A stretch of 64,000 nucleotides of DNA. It comes from an uncultured Candidatus Rokubacteria bacterium (lineage in GTDB: Bacteria > Methylomirabilota > Methylomirabilia > Rokubacteriales > CSP1-6). Shown here in pieces: positions 50,153 to 58,596 of the stretch (positions within the stretch are counted from its first letter, which is position 1; the number at the start of each line of letters is the position of its first letter). Both the position numbers and the translations under genes were made by a program. The notes under the pieces are model-generated. The model had not been told where the DNA came from. It did no database searches and saw only the letters and a list, made by a program, of their open reading frames with translations. Where the stretch lies: NCBI GenBank assembly GCA_963754315.1, contig CAVWFS010000005.1, positions 128,001 through 192,000 of the forward strand. Direction: 5' to 3'.

Positions 50153-52471
50153 TCAGGCCCGGCGGGCGGAGCGCGCGCGACCGAGGGCCCGCCACACGTG
50201 GGCGGGGGTGCCCGGCATGTCGATCCTGCTGGCGCCGGCTGCGTGCAGGGCATCGAGGAGGGCGTTCATGACCGCCGCCGGGGCGCCCGTGGTCGCGTTC
50301 TCCCCTGCGCCCTTCACGCCGAGTGGATTGTCGGGCTCGGGGAGCTCGTTCAGCTCCACGGTGAAGAGCGGCAGGTCGTCGGCCCGCGGGATGGCGTAGT
50401 CCATGAGGCTCCCCGCCAGTGGCTGCCCGCTCCCGGCCTCGAATTCGACCTGCTCCAGCAGCGCCTGCCCGATCCCCTGGGCCGCTCCTCCGTGCATCTG
50501 GCCGTGGACGATCATCGGGTTGATGGCGCGCCCGACGTCGGCCACGATGACGTGCCGCTCGATCCGCACGGTCCCGTCGTCGGGATCCACGGTCACCTCG
50601 CAGGCGTGGCAGCCATTGGCGTGGACGTCGCCGGCCGTCACGAAATCCGCCTGGGCCGCCAGCCGTCGCCCCTGCCCTTCAGAGAAGACGGCGACCTCGA
50701 AGAGCCCGACGCCTCGATCGGTGCCGGCGACGATGAAGCGCCCCCCGGCGTAGCCGACGTCGGCGGCCGCGGCCTCGAGTATGCGGGCGGCGAGCAGCCG
50801 GCCTTCCTCCACCAGTTTGTGCGCGCTGGCCACCACGGCTCCGCCGCCCACGCGGGCGGAGCGCGAGCCGTGGGAGCCTGCGCCGCGGACCACGCGGTCG
50901 GTATCACCGAACACGACCTCGACGCAGTCGAAGGGGACGCCCAGGGTCTCGGCGACAATCTGCGAGAACACGGTGGCGTGGCCCATGCCGAAGTCCTGGG
51001 TGCCGGCGCAGACAACCACCCGGCCGTCCCCAGTCGCCTGGATCTCGGCAAACTCGGTCGGCGTGCTGCCATCGTTCTCGACGTACATCGCGCACCCGAA
51101 GCCGCGGAGGGAACCTCGGGCCTTGCTTGCCGCGCTGCGCGCCGGGAAGCCCCGCCAGTCCGCCAACTCGAGCGCGCGCTCGAGGTTCTCCCTGAAGGCG
51201 CCCGAAGTGAGGACGGCCCCGCCCGGTGTCGTCCAGGGAAAGGCCCCGGTCTCCACGAGGTTTCGCCGGCGCAGCTCGATGCGATCGATCCCGGTCTCGC
51301 GCGCCGCCGCCTCGACCAGGCTCTCTGTCAGATAGTTCGCCTCGATGCGACCTATTCCCCGAAAGGCGGCCAGCGGTGTCGTGTGGGAGAACACGCCGCG
51401 CAGGGTCACGTGGCCGCACGGGATGCGATAGGGTCCACCGAGGGTCGGCGGCAGGTAGTGTGCCATCACCCAGACGTTGCGACTCGTCAGGTACGCGCCG
51501 TGGCGCCAGTCGACTCGCACCCGCATGGCGGTGAACCGTCCCTCACCGTCCAGCGCCAGCTCACCGTGTAGCACGTGGTCGCGGGCCTGGTAGTCGCTCA
51601 GGAACGCTTCGGTGCGGTCGGCCGTCCACTTGACAGGCCGGCCAAGCCGGCAGGCAGCCACCAGGAGTAGCGGGTACTCCGGGTACACGCCGCCGCGCGC
51701 GCCGAAGCCACCCCCCGTGTCCGGTACGACCACGCGCAGACGCTGGGGCTCGATTCCCATCATGTGAGCAAGCACGGCCCGCAGACCGTGGGCCGACTGG
51801 CACCCGGCTCTGAGCGTCCACCGCGCCGCCGTCGGGGCGTATTCGGCGACGGCCGACCGCGGCTCCATGAAGACGGGGGCGACCCGGTTATTGATGACGT
51901 CGACGCGCGCCACGTGCGCGGCTCGCGCGAACGCCGCCTCGACGGCCCTCGGGTCGCCGCCCTCCCACTCGAACGATTCGTTGCTCTTGTGATCGTCCCA
52001 GACCAGGGGTGCCTCCGGGGCAAGCGCCTGGTCGAGTTCGATCGCCGCCGGGCGCGGCTCGTAGTCGATCCGGACCAGTTCCGCCGCATCCTGGGCTTCG
52101 GCGAGCGTCTCGGCCACGACGAACACGACGGGCTCGCCGGCGTAGCGCGTCCTCTCCCTGGCCAGCGGGAACTGCTCAGCCTCGGGCGGCATCGCGCCGT
52201 CGGGCCCGCGAATGTCGAAGGGCGGCGTGCGAGAGTACGAGGGAATCGGCCGGACGACCTCACCGGCGATGTCGGCGGCCGTCAAGACCAGCCGCACGCC
52301 GGGCGCGTGGCGGGCGGCCGTGACGTCAACCGCCCCGATGCGCGCGTGGGCGTGAGGCGATCGCACGACGGCCGCGTGGAGCTGGCCGGCCAGGGCAATG
52401 TCATCCGTGAAGCAGGAGGCACCGGTCAGGAACCGTAGATCCTCCTTGCGCTTGCGCGGGGCGCCGATCAC
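50153..52471 (-). CDS. Xanthine dehydrogenase family molybdopterin-binding subunit (CoxL/CutL-like)
   Basis: RKED.RFLTG, RSPHAHARI, GGGFG, AFRG.GR, GQMHGG..QGIG, KGAGE. Confidence 0.9.
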   Translation of the reverse strand: MIGAPRKRKEDLRFLTGASCFTDDIALAGQLHAAVVRSPHAHARIGAVDVTAARHAPGVRLVLTAADIAGEVVRPIPSYSRTPPFDIRGPDGAMPPEAEQFPLARERTRYAGEPVVFVVAETLAEAQDAAELVRIDYEPRPAAIELDQALAPEAPLVWDDHKSNESFEWEGGDPRAVEAAFARAAHVARVDVINNRVAPVFMEPRSAVAEYAPTAARWTLRAGCQSAHGLRAVLAHMMGIEPQRLRVVVPDTGGGFGARGGVYPEYPLLLVAACRLGRPVKWTADRTEAFLSDYQARDHVLHGELALDGEGRFTAMRVRVDWRHGAYLTSRNVWVMAHYLPPTLGGPYRIPCGHVTLRGVFSHTTPLAAFRGIGRIEANYLTESLVEAAARETGIDRIELRRRNLVETGAFPWTTPGGAVLTSGAFRENLERALELADWRGFPARSAASKARGSLRGFGCAMYVENDGSTPTEFAEIQATGDGRVVVCAGTQDFGMGHATVFSQIVAETLGVPFDCVEVVFGDTDRVVRGAGSHGSRSARVGGGAVVASAHKLVEEGRLLAARILEAAAADVGYAGGRFIVAGTDRGVGLFEVAVFSEGQGRRLAAQADFVTAGDVHANGCHACEVTVDPDDGTVRIERHVIVADVGRAINPMIVHGQMHGGAAQGIGQALLEQVEFEAGSGQPLAGSLMDYAIPRADDLPLFTVELNELPEPDNPLGVKGAGENATTGAPAAVMNALLDALHAAGASRIDMPGTPAHVWRALGRARSARRA

Positions 52472-53607
52472 TTGATTCCGAGCAACTTCGCCGCCGTCCC
52501 CCCGAGCATGGCCCGGCGCTGGGCATCGGTGAATCCTGGCGCCCCGAGGATGTGGTCCACAGCCTTGGCCTGCCATGGGATCGGATGGTCAGTGCCGATG
52601 ACAAGCTGGCTCGGGCCGACTTCCGCCGCCAGGTGCCGCAGCGCCTCCGAGGTGAAGACGAGCGTGTCGTAGTACATCTGCCTCAAGTATTCGGTCGGCT
52701 TCTTCTTCAGTGTCACACCGGTGTCCTTATCGGGAGCAACACGCAGGCTGTTGTCGGAGCGCGCCGCGTAAGACGGCAGATAGCCGCCGCCGTGAGCCGA
52801 ACATATCTTGAGCCCGGGAAACCGATCCAAGGTTCCCTCGAAGATCAGGTGCGAGAGCGCGATCGTCGTGTCGAGCGGGTTGCCGATGGTGTTCGCCAGC
52901 CACCCATTGCCCTTGAGTCTCGGGGCAAGATCCGGGGTGCTCTGCGGATGGATGAAGATGAGACACCCCAGTTCCTCAGCCTTGGCCCAGAACGGGTGAA
53001 ACTTCGGGTCGGAAAACTCTTCGCCCGCAACGCTCGCCCCTACGGCGGCCCCGCGGAGACCGAGCTTCTTGACGGCTTCCACCAGCTGCTGCACGGCCAG
53101 GTCCGGATACTGGAGCGCCACCGACGCGAAGGCCACGAACCGGTCCGGATACAGCCCGCAGAACTCGGCGAGCCGTTCGTTCTGGACCTTGATCACCTGG
53201 GCGGCGAGGTACCGCTCTGCCCGGTACCACTGGGGGTTGATGCTCAGCGCCTCCATGTCGATGCCCTGCGCGTCCATTTCACGGATGCGTCGCGGCCCCA
53301 CTTCTTCCATCCCCGGCCCTCGCTGATCTTCCAGCTTCAATCCCAGGAGGGCGAGCGCCTCCGGGACTACGCAATGGGCGTGCACATCGATCGTCTTCAC
53401 CCGACGGCCGCCCACCACCACTTCGCGCCGCCGCCCGGCCCCTCTCACGTCGCGGCGCCGCGTGGCCGGCCGCGCGCGCCCCCTCGCGCTTGCGGCTGGC
53501 CGCGTCCGGGCGCGCGCCAGATTCGGTCCGGAGCCGAGCAGCTCGCAACCGGTGAAGGCGAGACCCGCCGCGCTGATGCCAGTCTCATGGAATGCTCGAA
53601 TGCTCAT
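52468..53607 (-). CDS. Amidohydrolase_2 family protein (ACMSD-like)
   Basis: IDVHAH, FIHP, AHGGG.LP, YYDT, GTDHP. Confidence 0.88.
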   Translation of the reverse strand: MSIRAFHETGISAAGLAFTGCELLGSGPNLARARTRPAASARGRARPATRRRDVRGAGRRREVVVGGRRVKTIDVHAHCVVPEALALLGLKLEDQRGPGMEEVGPRRIREMDAQGIDMEALSINPQWYRAERYLAAQVIKVQNERLAEFCGLYPDRFVAFASVALQYPDLAVQQLVEAVKKLGLRGAAVGASVAGEEFSDPKFHPFWAKAEELGCLIFIHPQSTPDLAPRLKGNGWLANTIGNPLDTTIALSHLIFEGTLDRFPGLKICSAHGGGYLPSYAARSDNSLRVAPDKDTGVTLKKKPTEYLRQMYYDTLVFTSEALRHLAAEVGPSQLVIGTDHPIPWQAKAVDHILGAPGFTDAQRRAMLGGTAAKLLGIK

Positions 53608-53684
53608 CGTGTCGCCCCCGTCATGTCGCACCCCGTGCACACTCTCTCGTCATCTGCCCGCGCCCCTATGCTCCTCGGCGTGGC

Positions 53685-54734
53685 TCACCAGCGCCTGGTG
53701 GCCCGCGCGCCCGGTGCGACCTCCGCGTCGGCCAGCGCGGGCTGCTGGGCCATGTGCTCATAGCTCTTGCGGGCAAACCAGATCGCGTAGTCGCCGAACT
53801 TGATCGGCGGGTATTTCGGCGGGTTCGCCGCCGAGCAACAGCTCGGCAGGCATTCGATGAGCGTGTCGTGGTTCGGGTCGCAGAAGAAGGGGATGGCGAA
53901 GCGGTCGCCACTCGTGTGGTTGATCACCCGATGCGGTGTGGAAAGAAAACGCTCGTTGGTCCAGCGGTGCAGGATGTCTCCGCCGTTCACCACGAAGGCG
54001 TCGGTCACCGCCGGCGCGTCGATCCAGCGCCCGTCTGGCAGCATGATCGACAGGCCCGGCACCGGGTTCGGCGCCAGCAAGGTCATGAAGCCGGAATCGG
54101 TGTGGGGCGTCAAGCTGAGGGCGGTGGCTTCATCCGAGGCGAGCGGGGGATAGTGCGTCAAGCGCAGGATCAGGTGCGGCTCGGCATAGGCCCCGTCGAA
54201 CGTGTCCGGTGGCAGCTCGAGGGCCGTGGCGTAGATCGGCACCAGGCGCCGGCACAGCACCTCCATCGCCTGCATGTAATCCCGCGCGGTCTCGCGAAAG
54301 CCGGGCAGTTCCGCCGGCCACTGGTTGAGCCCATGGAAGCGGCGTTCGGCGAGCACCAGCGGATCGTCTGGCGTGCGATCGCGGCGCAGAAAGAACGCGG
54401 CATTCCGACTTGGTTGGCGACCAGGGAATTGGCCGACTCTCATCGGGAGATAGCCGACGTTGTCCTCGTTCACCTTGACGGCCAGCTTGGCCTCCAGGGG
54501 CAGCGCATGGAAGCGAGCAGCCTGGGCGAACGTGGCGTCGATCAGTGACTGGGGGATGCCGTGGCCGCGCAGGTAGTAGAAGCCGACATTCTCGAACGCC
54601 CAGCGCAGCTCGGCGCCAAGGTTTTCACGAGCGCGGGGGCGGCCGGCAAGGTAGGGCGCCACGTCGAGGAGCGGGATGGCGCCCCCGACCAGCTCTGGCC
54701 GCCTGCGGGCGGCGCGCTCGCTCAACGATGCCAT
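53685..54734 (-). CDS. Isopenicillin N synthase family 2OG-Fe(II) oxygenase
   Basis: IPLLDV, GFYYLRGHG, PHTDSG.MTLL, STPHRV, RFAIPFF. Paralog of 36644..37663. Confidence 0.9.
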   Translation of the reverse strand: MASLSERAARRRPELVGGAIPLLDVAPYLAGRPRARENLGAELRWAFENVGFYYLRGHGIPQSLIDATFAQAARFHALPLEAKLAVKVNEDNVGYLPMRVGQFPGRQPSRNAAFFLRRDRTPDDPLVLAERRFHGLNQWPAELPGFRETARDYMQAMEVLCRRLVPIYATALELPPDTFDGAYAEPHLILRLTHYPPLASDEATALSLTPHTDSGFMTLLAPNPVPGLSIMLPDGRWIDAPAVTDAFVVNGGDILHRWTNERFLSTPHRVINHTSGDRFAIPFFCDPNHDTLIECLPSCCSAANPPKYPPIKFGDYAIWFARKSYEHMAQQPALADAEVAPGARATRRW

Positions 54735-54849
54735 GCTTGCCTCCGTCGACGAGATTCGGGCTTCACTATAAAGTATGACGGACCAGGCAGCCCGTCGCGG
54801 ATCGTCAGGGAGCGTCTGCGCACGACGAGCTCTTCCCTGGAGCTGCCGC

Positions 54850-55674
54850 TCAGGTCGGCTCGATCGGCATCCGCGCGATCCCCAGCCAGGCAATCGGCGC
54901 GCCGGCTTTCTCGGCTGCCACCGCCGCCGGCAGAGCGGGGTCCCAGTCGGCGGCGATGAAGCGTCGGGCGGTGACTCCGGCGGCGGCGTCGGATACGAGC
55001 CACAGGAGGGGTGGGACCATGATTTCCGGCTGCAGCATCTTGCTGCGGTCTCCGGCGTCCGCGCCGACCAGCGGGGTATTCGTCACCCCGCCCGGTACCA
55101 GGACGTTGGCCGTGACACCCGTGCCCTGCAGGTCCGCGGCCATCACCGCGGTCGCCGATTCGGCGGCGGCCTTGCTCGAGCCATATAGCAGGTAACCCGC
55201 GCGGACCATGGTGCCGAGGCTGGTCGTCACCGTGATGATCCGGCCCTGTCTGGCTCGCAGCATGTGCGGCACGACCGCCCGGGCCATCATGATCGGCGCG
55301 GTAGCATTCACGGCGAGGAAGCGGCTCCACTGCTCCGGCGCCGCCTCCCAGAAACGAATCGGATTCCTTCGCTGATCAGCCCGCACCGAGGCCTGGCCGA
55401 TGCCGGCATTGTTGACGAGGATGTCAATCCGGCCAAACCGCTCCTGCGCGGCGCCGGCGATCCCCTCGAACGCGCCCGCCTGGGTGAGATCGGCCGCGTG
55501 GGACAGAACGGAACCGCGGCGGCCGGCCAGCGCGGTGACCAGCGTGGCCAAGGCCGATGCGTTCTGGTCAACGGCCACGACGTTGATACCGCTGTCCACC
55601 AGGCCGGTCGCCATCGCCCGACCGAGTCCGCTTCCCGCACCCGTCACGATCGCCGCCTTCGGCCCGGTCGCCAT
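54850..55674 (-). CDS. SDR family oxidoreductase
   Basis: TGAGSGLG, NNAG, YGSSK. Confidence 0.9.
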   Translation of the reverse strand: MATGPKAAIVTGAGSGLGRAMATGLVDSGINVVAVDQNASALATLVTALAGRRGSVLSHAADLTQAGAFEGIAGAAQERFGRIDILVNNAGIGQASVRADQRRNPIRFWEAAPEQWSRFLAVNATAPIMMARAVVPHMLRARQGRIITVTTSLGTMVRAGYLLYGSSKAAAESATAVMAADLQGTGVTANVLVPGGVTNTPLVGADAGDRSKMLQPEIMVPPLLWLVSDAAAGVTARRFIAADWDPALPAAVAAEKAGAPIAWLGIARMPIEPT

Positions 55675-55788
55675 GCTGTCCTCTCCTCGGCTCATGTCAG
55701 CCTAAGTCCCCTGCGGGATCCGGTCAACACCAGGCGCCCGGATTGCTCGCGGAAACCGCCGCGTCGAGGCGTCTCTCTCCCAATCGCC

Positions 55789-55794
55789 TATAAT
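55789..55794 (+). promoter_or_regulatory. Consensus -10 box TATAAT, 11 nt before the LLM start codon
   Basis: Direct read, in the divergent intergenic region. Confidence 0.4.
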
Positions 55795-55805
55795 GGAGCC
55801 TGATC

Positions 55806-57146
55806 ATGCAACGACAGATGGTGATGGTGGGCTTCCTGCAAGCCCAGAACTGCACGAACCTCGTCAGCTCGTGGCGACATCCCGCTTCGCGCGAGGATTC
55901 CTGGTCTCCCGACTTCTACGCCACCATCGGCCGCGTGCTCGAGGAGGGCAAGTTCCACGTCGGCTTCTTCGACGATCGGCTGGCCATGCCCGATCGCTAT
56001 GGCAACGACCATCGCCACACGGTTCAGCACGGCATCCGCTGCGTCAAGATGGACCCCGTGACGGTGCTGATGGTCATGGGCATGGCAACGACACGATTGG
56101 GCCTTGGGTCCACGCGCAGCACGACCTACTACGAGCCCTTCGACGTCGCCCGCACATTTGCCACGATCGACCTCATGACGAACGGCCGGGCGGCCTGGAA
56201 CGTCGTCACCTCGATGAATGACGGCGAGGCCCTGAACATGGGCCGCGATCTGCACATGGAGCACGACCGTCGGTACGATCGGGCCGAGGAATTCATGCGC
56301 GTGGTGATGGGCCACTGGAATTCCTGGGATGAGGACGCGATCGTGCAGGACAAGACGACCGGCCTCTTTGCGGACCCCGACAAGGTTCGCCGCATCGATC
56401 ACGTGGGCACGTATTTCAGGTCGCGCGGCCCCTTCACGGTGCCGCGGTCGAAGCAGGGGCACCCGGTCATCATCCAGGCTGGGCAGAGCGGCCCGGGCAA
56501 GCGCTTCGCCGCGCGCTGGGGCGAGTTGCTCTTCGTCGGCAGCCCGATCAGTCTGGAGGCCGGCCGCAAGAACTATCGCGAGATCAAGGATGCGGTGGCC
56601 GCGTTGGGGCGCGACCCGCAGCACTGCATCATTGCCCCGTCCGCCTACGTCATCGCCGCTGAAAGCAAGATGGCCGCGGAAGACAAGGCGGCGCTCGTCG
56701 AGACCCTGGCCACCGATGACGACGCGCTGTCCCTGCTGTCCGAAGCGATGAATTTCGATTTCGCGTCCAAGGCGCTGGATGAGCCCTTCACCGACGAGGA
56801 GCTCGCCAGCATCTCCGGCACGCAGTCGATGCGCGATCGGGTGGTGCAGCTGTCGGGTCTCAAGAACCCGACGCCGAAGGACTTCATCACATTCAGTCGG
56901 CGCGCGCGGCCAAACAACCCATTCGTCGGTGGCCCGAAGGAAGTCGCCGATGGGTTGGAAGAGTGGTTCTCCACCGGAGTCTGCGATGGATTCGTCGTCG
57001 CGGCCACCCACGTACCCGGCTCCTACGTGGATTTCGTGAAGTACGTCGTCCCGGAACTGCAGCGGCGTGGCCTGTACCACAAGGACTACAAGGGTGAAAC
57101 GCTGCGGGAGAACCTGGGCCTGCCCATTCCGCGGGCACGCCACTGA
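55806..57146 (+). CDS. NtaA/DmoA family FMN-dependent monooxygenase (LLM class)
   Basis: WRHP, T.RLGLG.T.ST....PF..AR.FAT.D....GRAAWNVVTS, PVIIQAG.S, VVPELQRRG, TLRENLGL. Confidence 0.92.
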   Translation: MQRQMVMVGFLQAQNCTNLVSSWRHPASREDSWSPDFYATIGRVLEEGKFHVGFFDDRLAMPDRYGNDHRHTVQHGIRCVKMDPVTVLMVMGMATTRLGLGSTRSTTYYEPFDVARTFATIDLMTNGRAAWNVVTSMNDGEALNMGRDLHMEHDRRYDRAEEFMRVVMGHWNSWDEDAIVQDKTTGLFADPDKVRRIDHVGTYFRSRGPFTVPRSKQGHPVIIQAGQSGPGKRFAARWGELLFVGSPISLEAGRKNYREIKDAVAALGRDPQHCIIAPSAYVIAAESKMAAEDKAALVETLATDDDALSLLSEAMNFDFASKALDEPFTDEELASISGTQSMRDRVVQLSGLKNPTPKDFITFSRRARPNNPFVGGPKEVADGLEEWFSTGVCDGFVVAATHVPGSYVDFVKYVVPELQRRGLYHKDYKGETLRENLGLPIPRARH

Positions 57147-57229
57147 GGTCGAGAGTAGGGCCTGTCGGCCACCGCGCCGGGTAATCGGGTCGCGCGGCCT
57201 AGCCGCCTGATGCGCGACCGTCTGAGTCC

Positions 57230-58522
57230 GTGAACGTCCCCGCCACTCCCGCCCCCCGCACCGGTTGGCGGGCACGGTTCGGCGACCCGATGGTGGGCGC
57301 TGTCCTCGCGCTCGGCATCACGCAGATTACGGCCTGGGGGACAAGCTACTACTGTCTCGGCGTGCTCGCGGGCCCGATCAGTCGGGACACGGGCTGGAGT
57401 CGTGGCTTCGTGTTCCTCGGCTTCACCGTCGCTCTGCTCGCCATGGGCATCGTGTCGAGCGCGGTCGGCCGCGCCATCGACCGCCACGGCGGGCGGGCCG
57501 TGATGACGCTCGGGACTGTGTTCGTATCGGTGGGCCTGTTCGCGCTCGCGCACGTCCGAACCGAAGCGGCGTACCTGGCGGTGTGGGTGTTCCTCGGCCT
57601 CGGCATGCGCATGTGTCTGTACGACGCCGCCTTCGCGGCCTTGGTGCAGGTCGCGCCCTCGCGCGGACGGAAGGCAATCTCCTACCTCACCTTGTTCGGC
57701 GCGTTTGCCTCATCGGTGTTCTGGGTGATCGGCCACGCGCTGAATGATCAGGTCGGCTGGCGGCACACCCTCGTCCTGTTCGCCCTCATCAATCTCGCGG
57801 TGTGCCTGCCGCTGCACTGGCTCGGGCTCGCCCGGCGCGAGACCGCCGAGAGCGGTGGTGCCGCGGCTGGGGCGCGCACCGCGTCCGCAGACGGGCCGCC
57901 CCTCGAGGGCCACGCCCGCTCGGTGGCCATGGTGCTCTTCGCGCTCATCATGTCGCTCAACGGGTTCGTGTTCGGCGTCATCTCGGTGCAGCTGGTTTCA
58001 TTGCTCGAGGCGGCGGGCCTGGCGACGGCGGTCGCGGTCTGGGTCGCCTCGCTGAAGGGTGTGGCCCAGTTCGGCGGACGCGTGGTCGAGATCACTCTTG
58101 CCCGCAACCTCCGGGCGATCACCGTCGGCCGCATCGCCGTCGCCATCCTGCCCCCGTCACTGCTGCTGCTACTGGCCGGCACCGGGAGCCTGGGCCTGGT
58201 CGTCGCGTTCACGCTCCTCATGGGAGCGTCTCAGGGCGTCATCACGATCGTCCGCGGTGCCGTGCCGCTCGCGCTGTTTGGCGCGACGGGGTATGGCGCG
58301 GTGCTCGGCGTCATCGCGACGCCTATCCTGGTCGTCAACGCCGCCTCTCCCACAGTCTTCGCCTGGATCGTGGATCGCTGGGGATGGGGGCTGGCACGTG
58401 TGTCGCTGCTGGTAGGCAGCTCGGCGGCGTGGCTCGCCATGGAACTGATGTCTCTGTGGTACGAGCGCCGGCGAGCGGCAGTGGCGGCACGAGGCCGCAC
58501 GCGCCAGCGGGACGCTTCCTGA
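57230..58522 (+). CDS. MFS transporter
   Basis: LGITQI..WGT.YY, GRAIDRHGGR motif A, about 12 TM segments. Confidence 0.88.
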   Translation: MNVPATPAPRTGWRARFGDPMVGAVLALGITQITAWGTSYYCLGVLAGPISRDTGWSRGFVFLGFTVALLAMGIVSSAVGRAIDRHGGRAVMTLGTVFVSVGLFALAHVRTEAAYLAVWVFLGLGMRMCLYDAAFAALVQVAPSRGRKAISYLTLFGAFASSVFWVIGHALNDQVGWRHTLVLFALINLAVCLPLHWLGLARRETAESGGAAAGARTASADGPPLEGHARSVAMVLFALIMSLNGFVFGVISVQLVSLLEAAGLATAVAVWVASLKGVAQFGGRVVEITLARNLRAITVGRIAVAILPPSLLLLLAGTGSLGLVVAFTLLMGASQGVITIVRGAVPLALFGATGYGAVLGVIATPILVVNAASPTVFAWIVDRWGWGLARVSLLVGSSAAWLAMELMSLWYERRRAAVAARGRTRQRDAS

Positions 58523-58596
58523 GGCGATCAAGAGAGGCGCTGTAGCCGGCAGCCTGGTGCCCTTCGGAGGTACAGTGGGCCTGGAGGAGCGTTGCC

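Noticed and set aside
50153..52471. Form I aerobic CO dehydrogenase large subunit
   Set aside because: The active-site loop reads AFRGIGR rather than AYxCSFR, and no coxM/coxS is adjacent.
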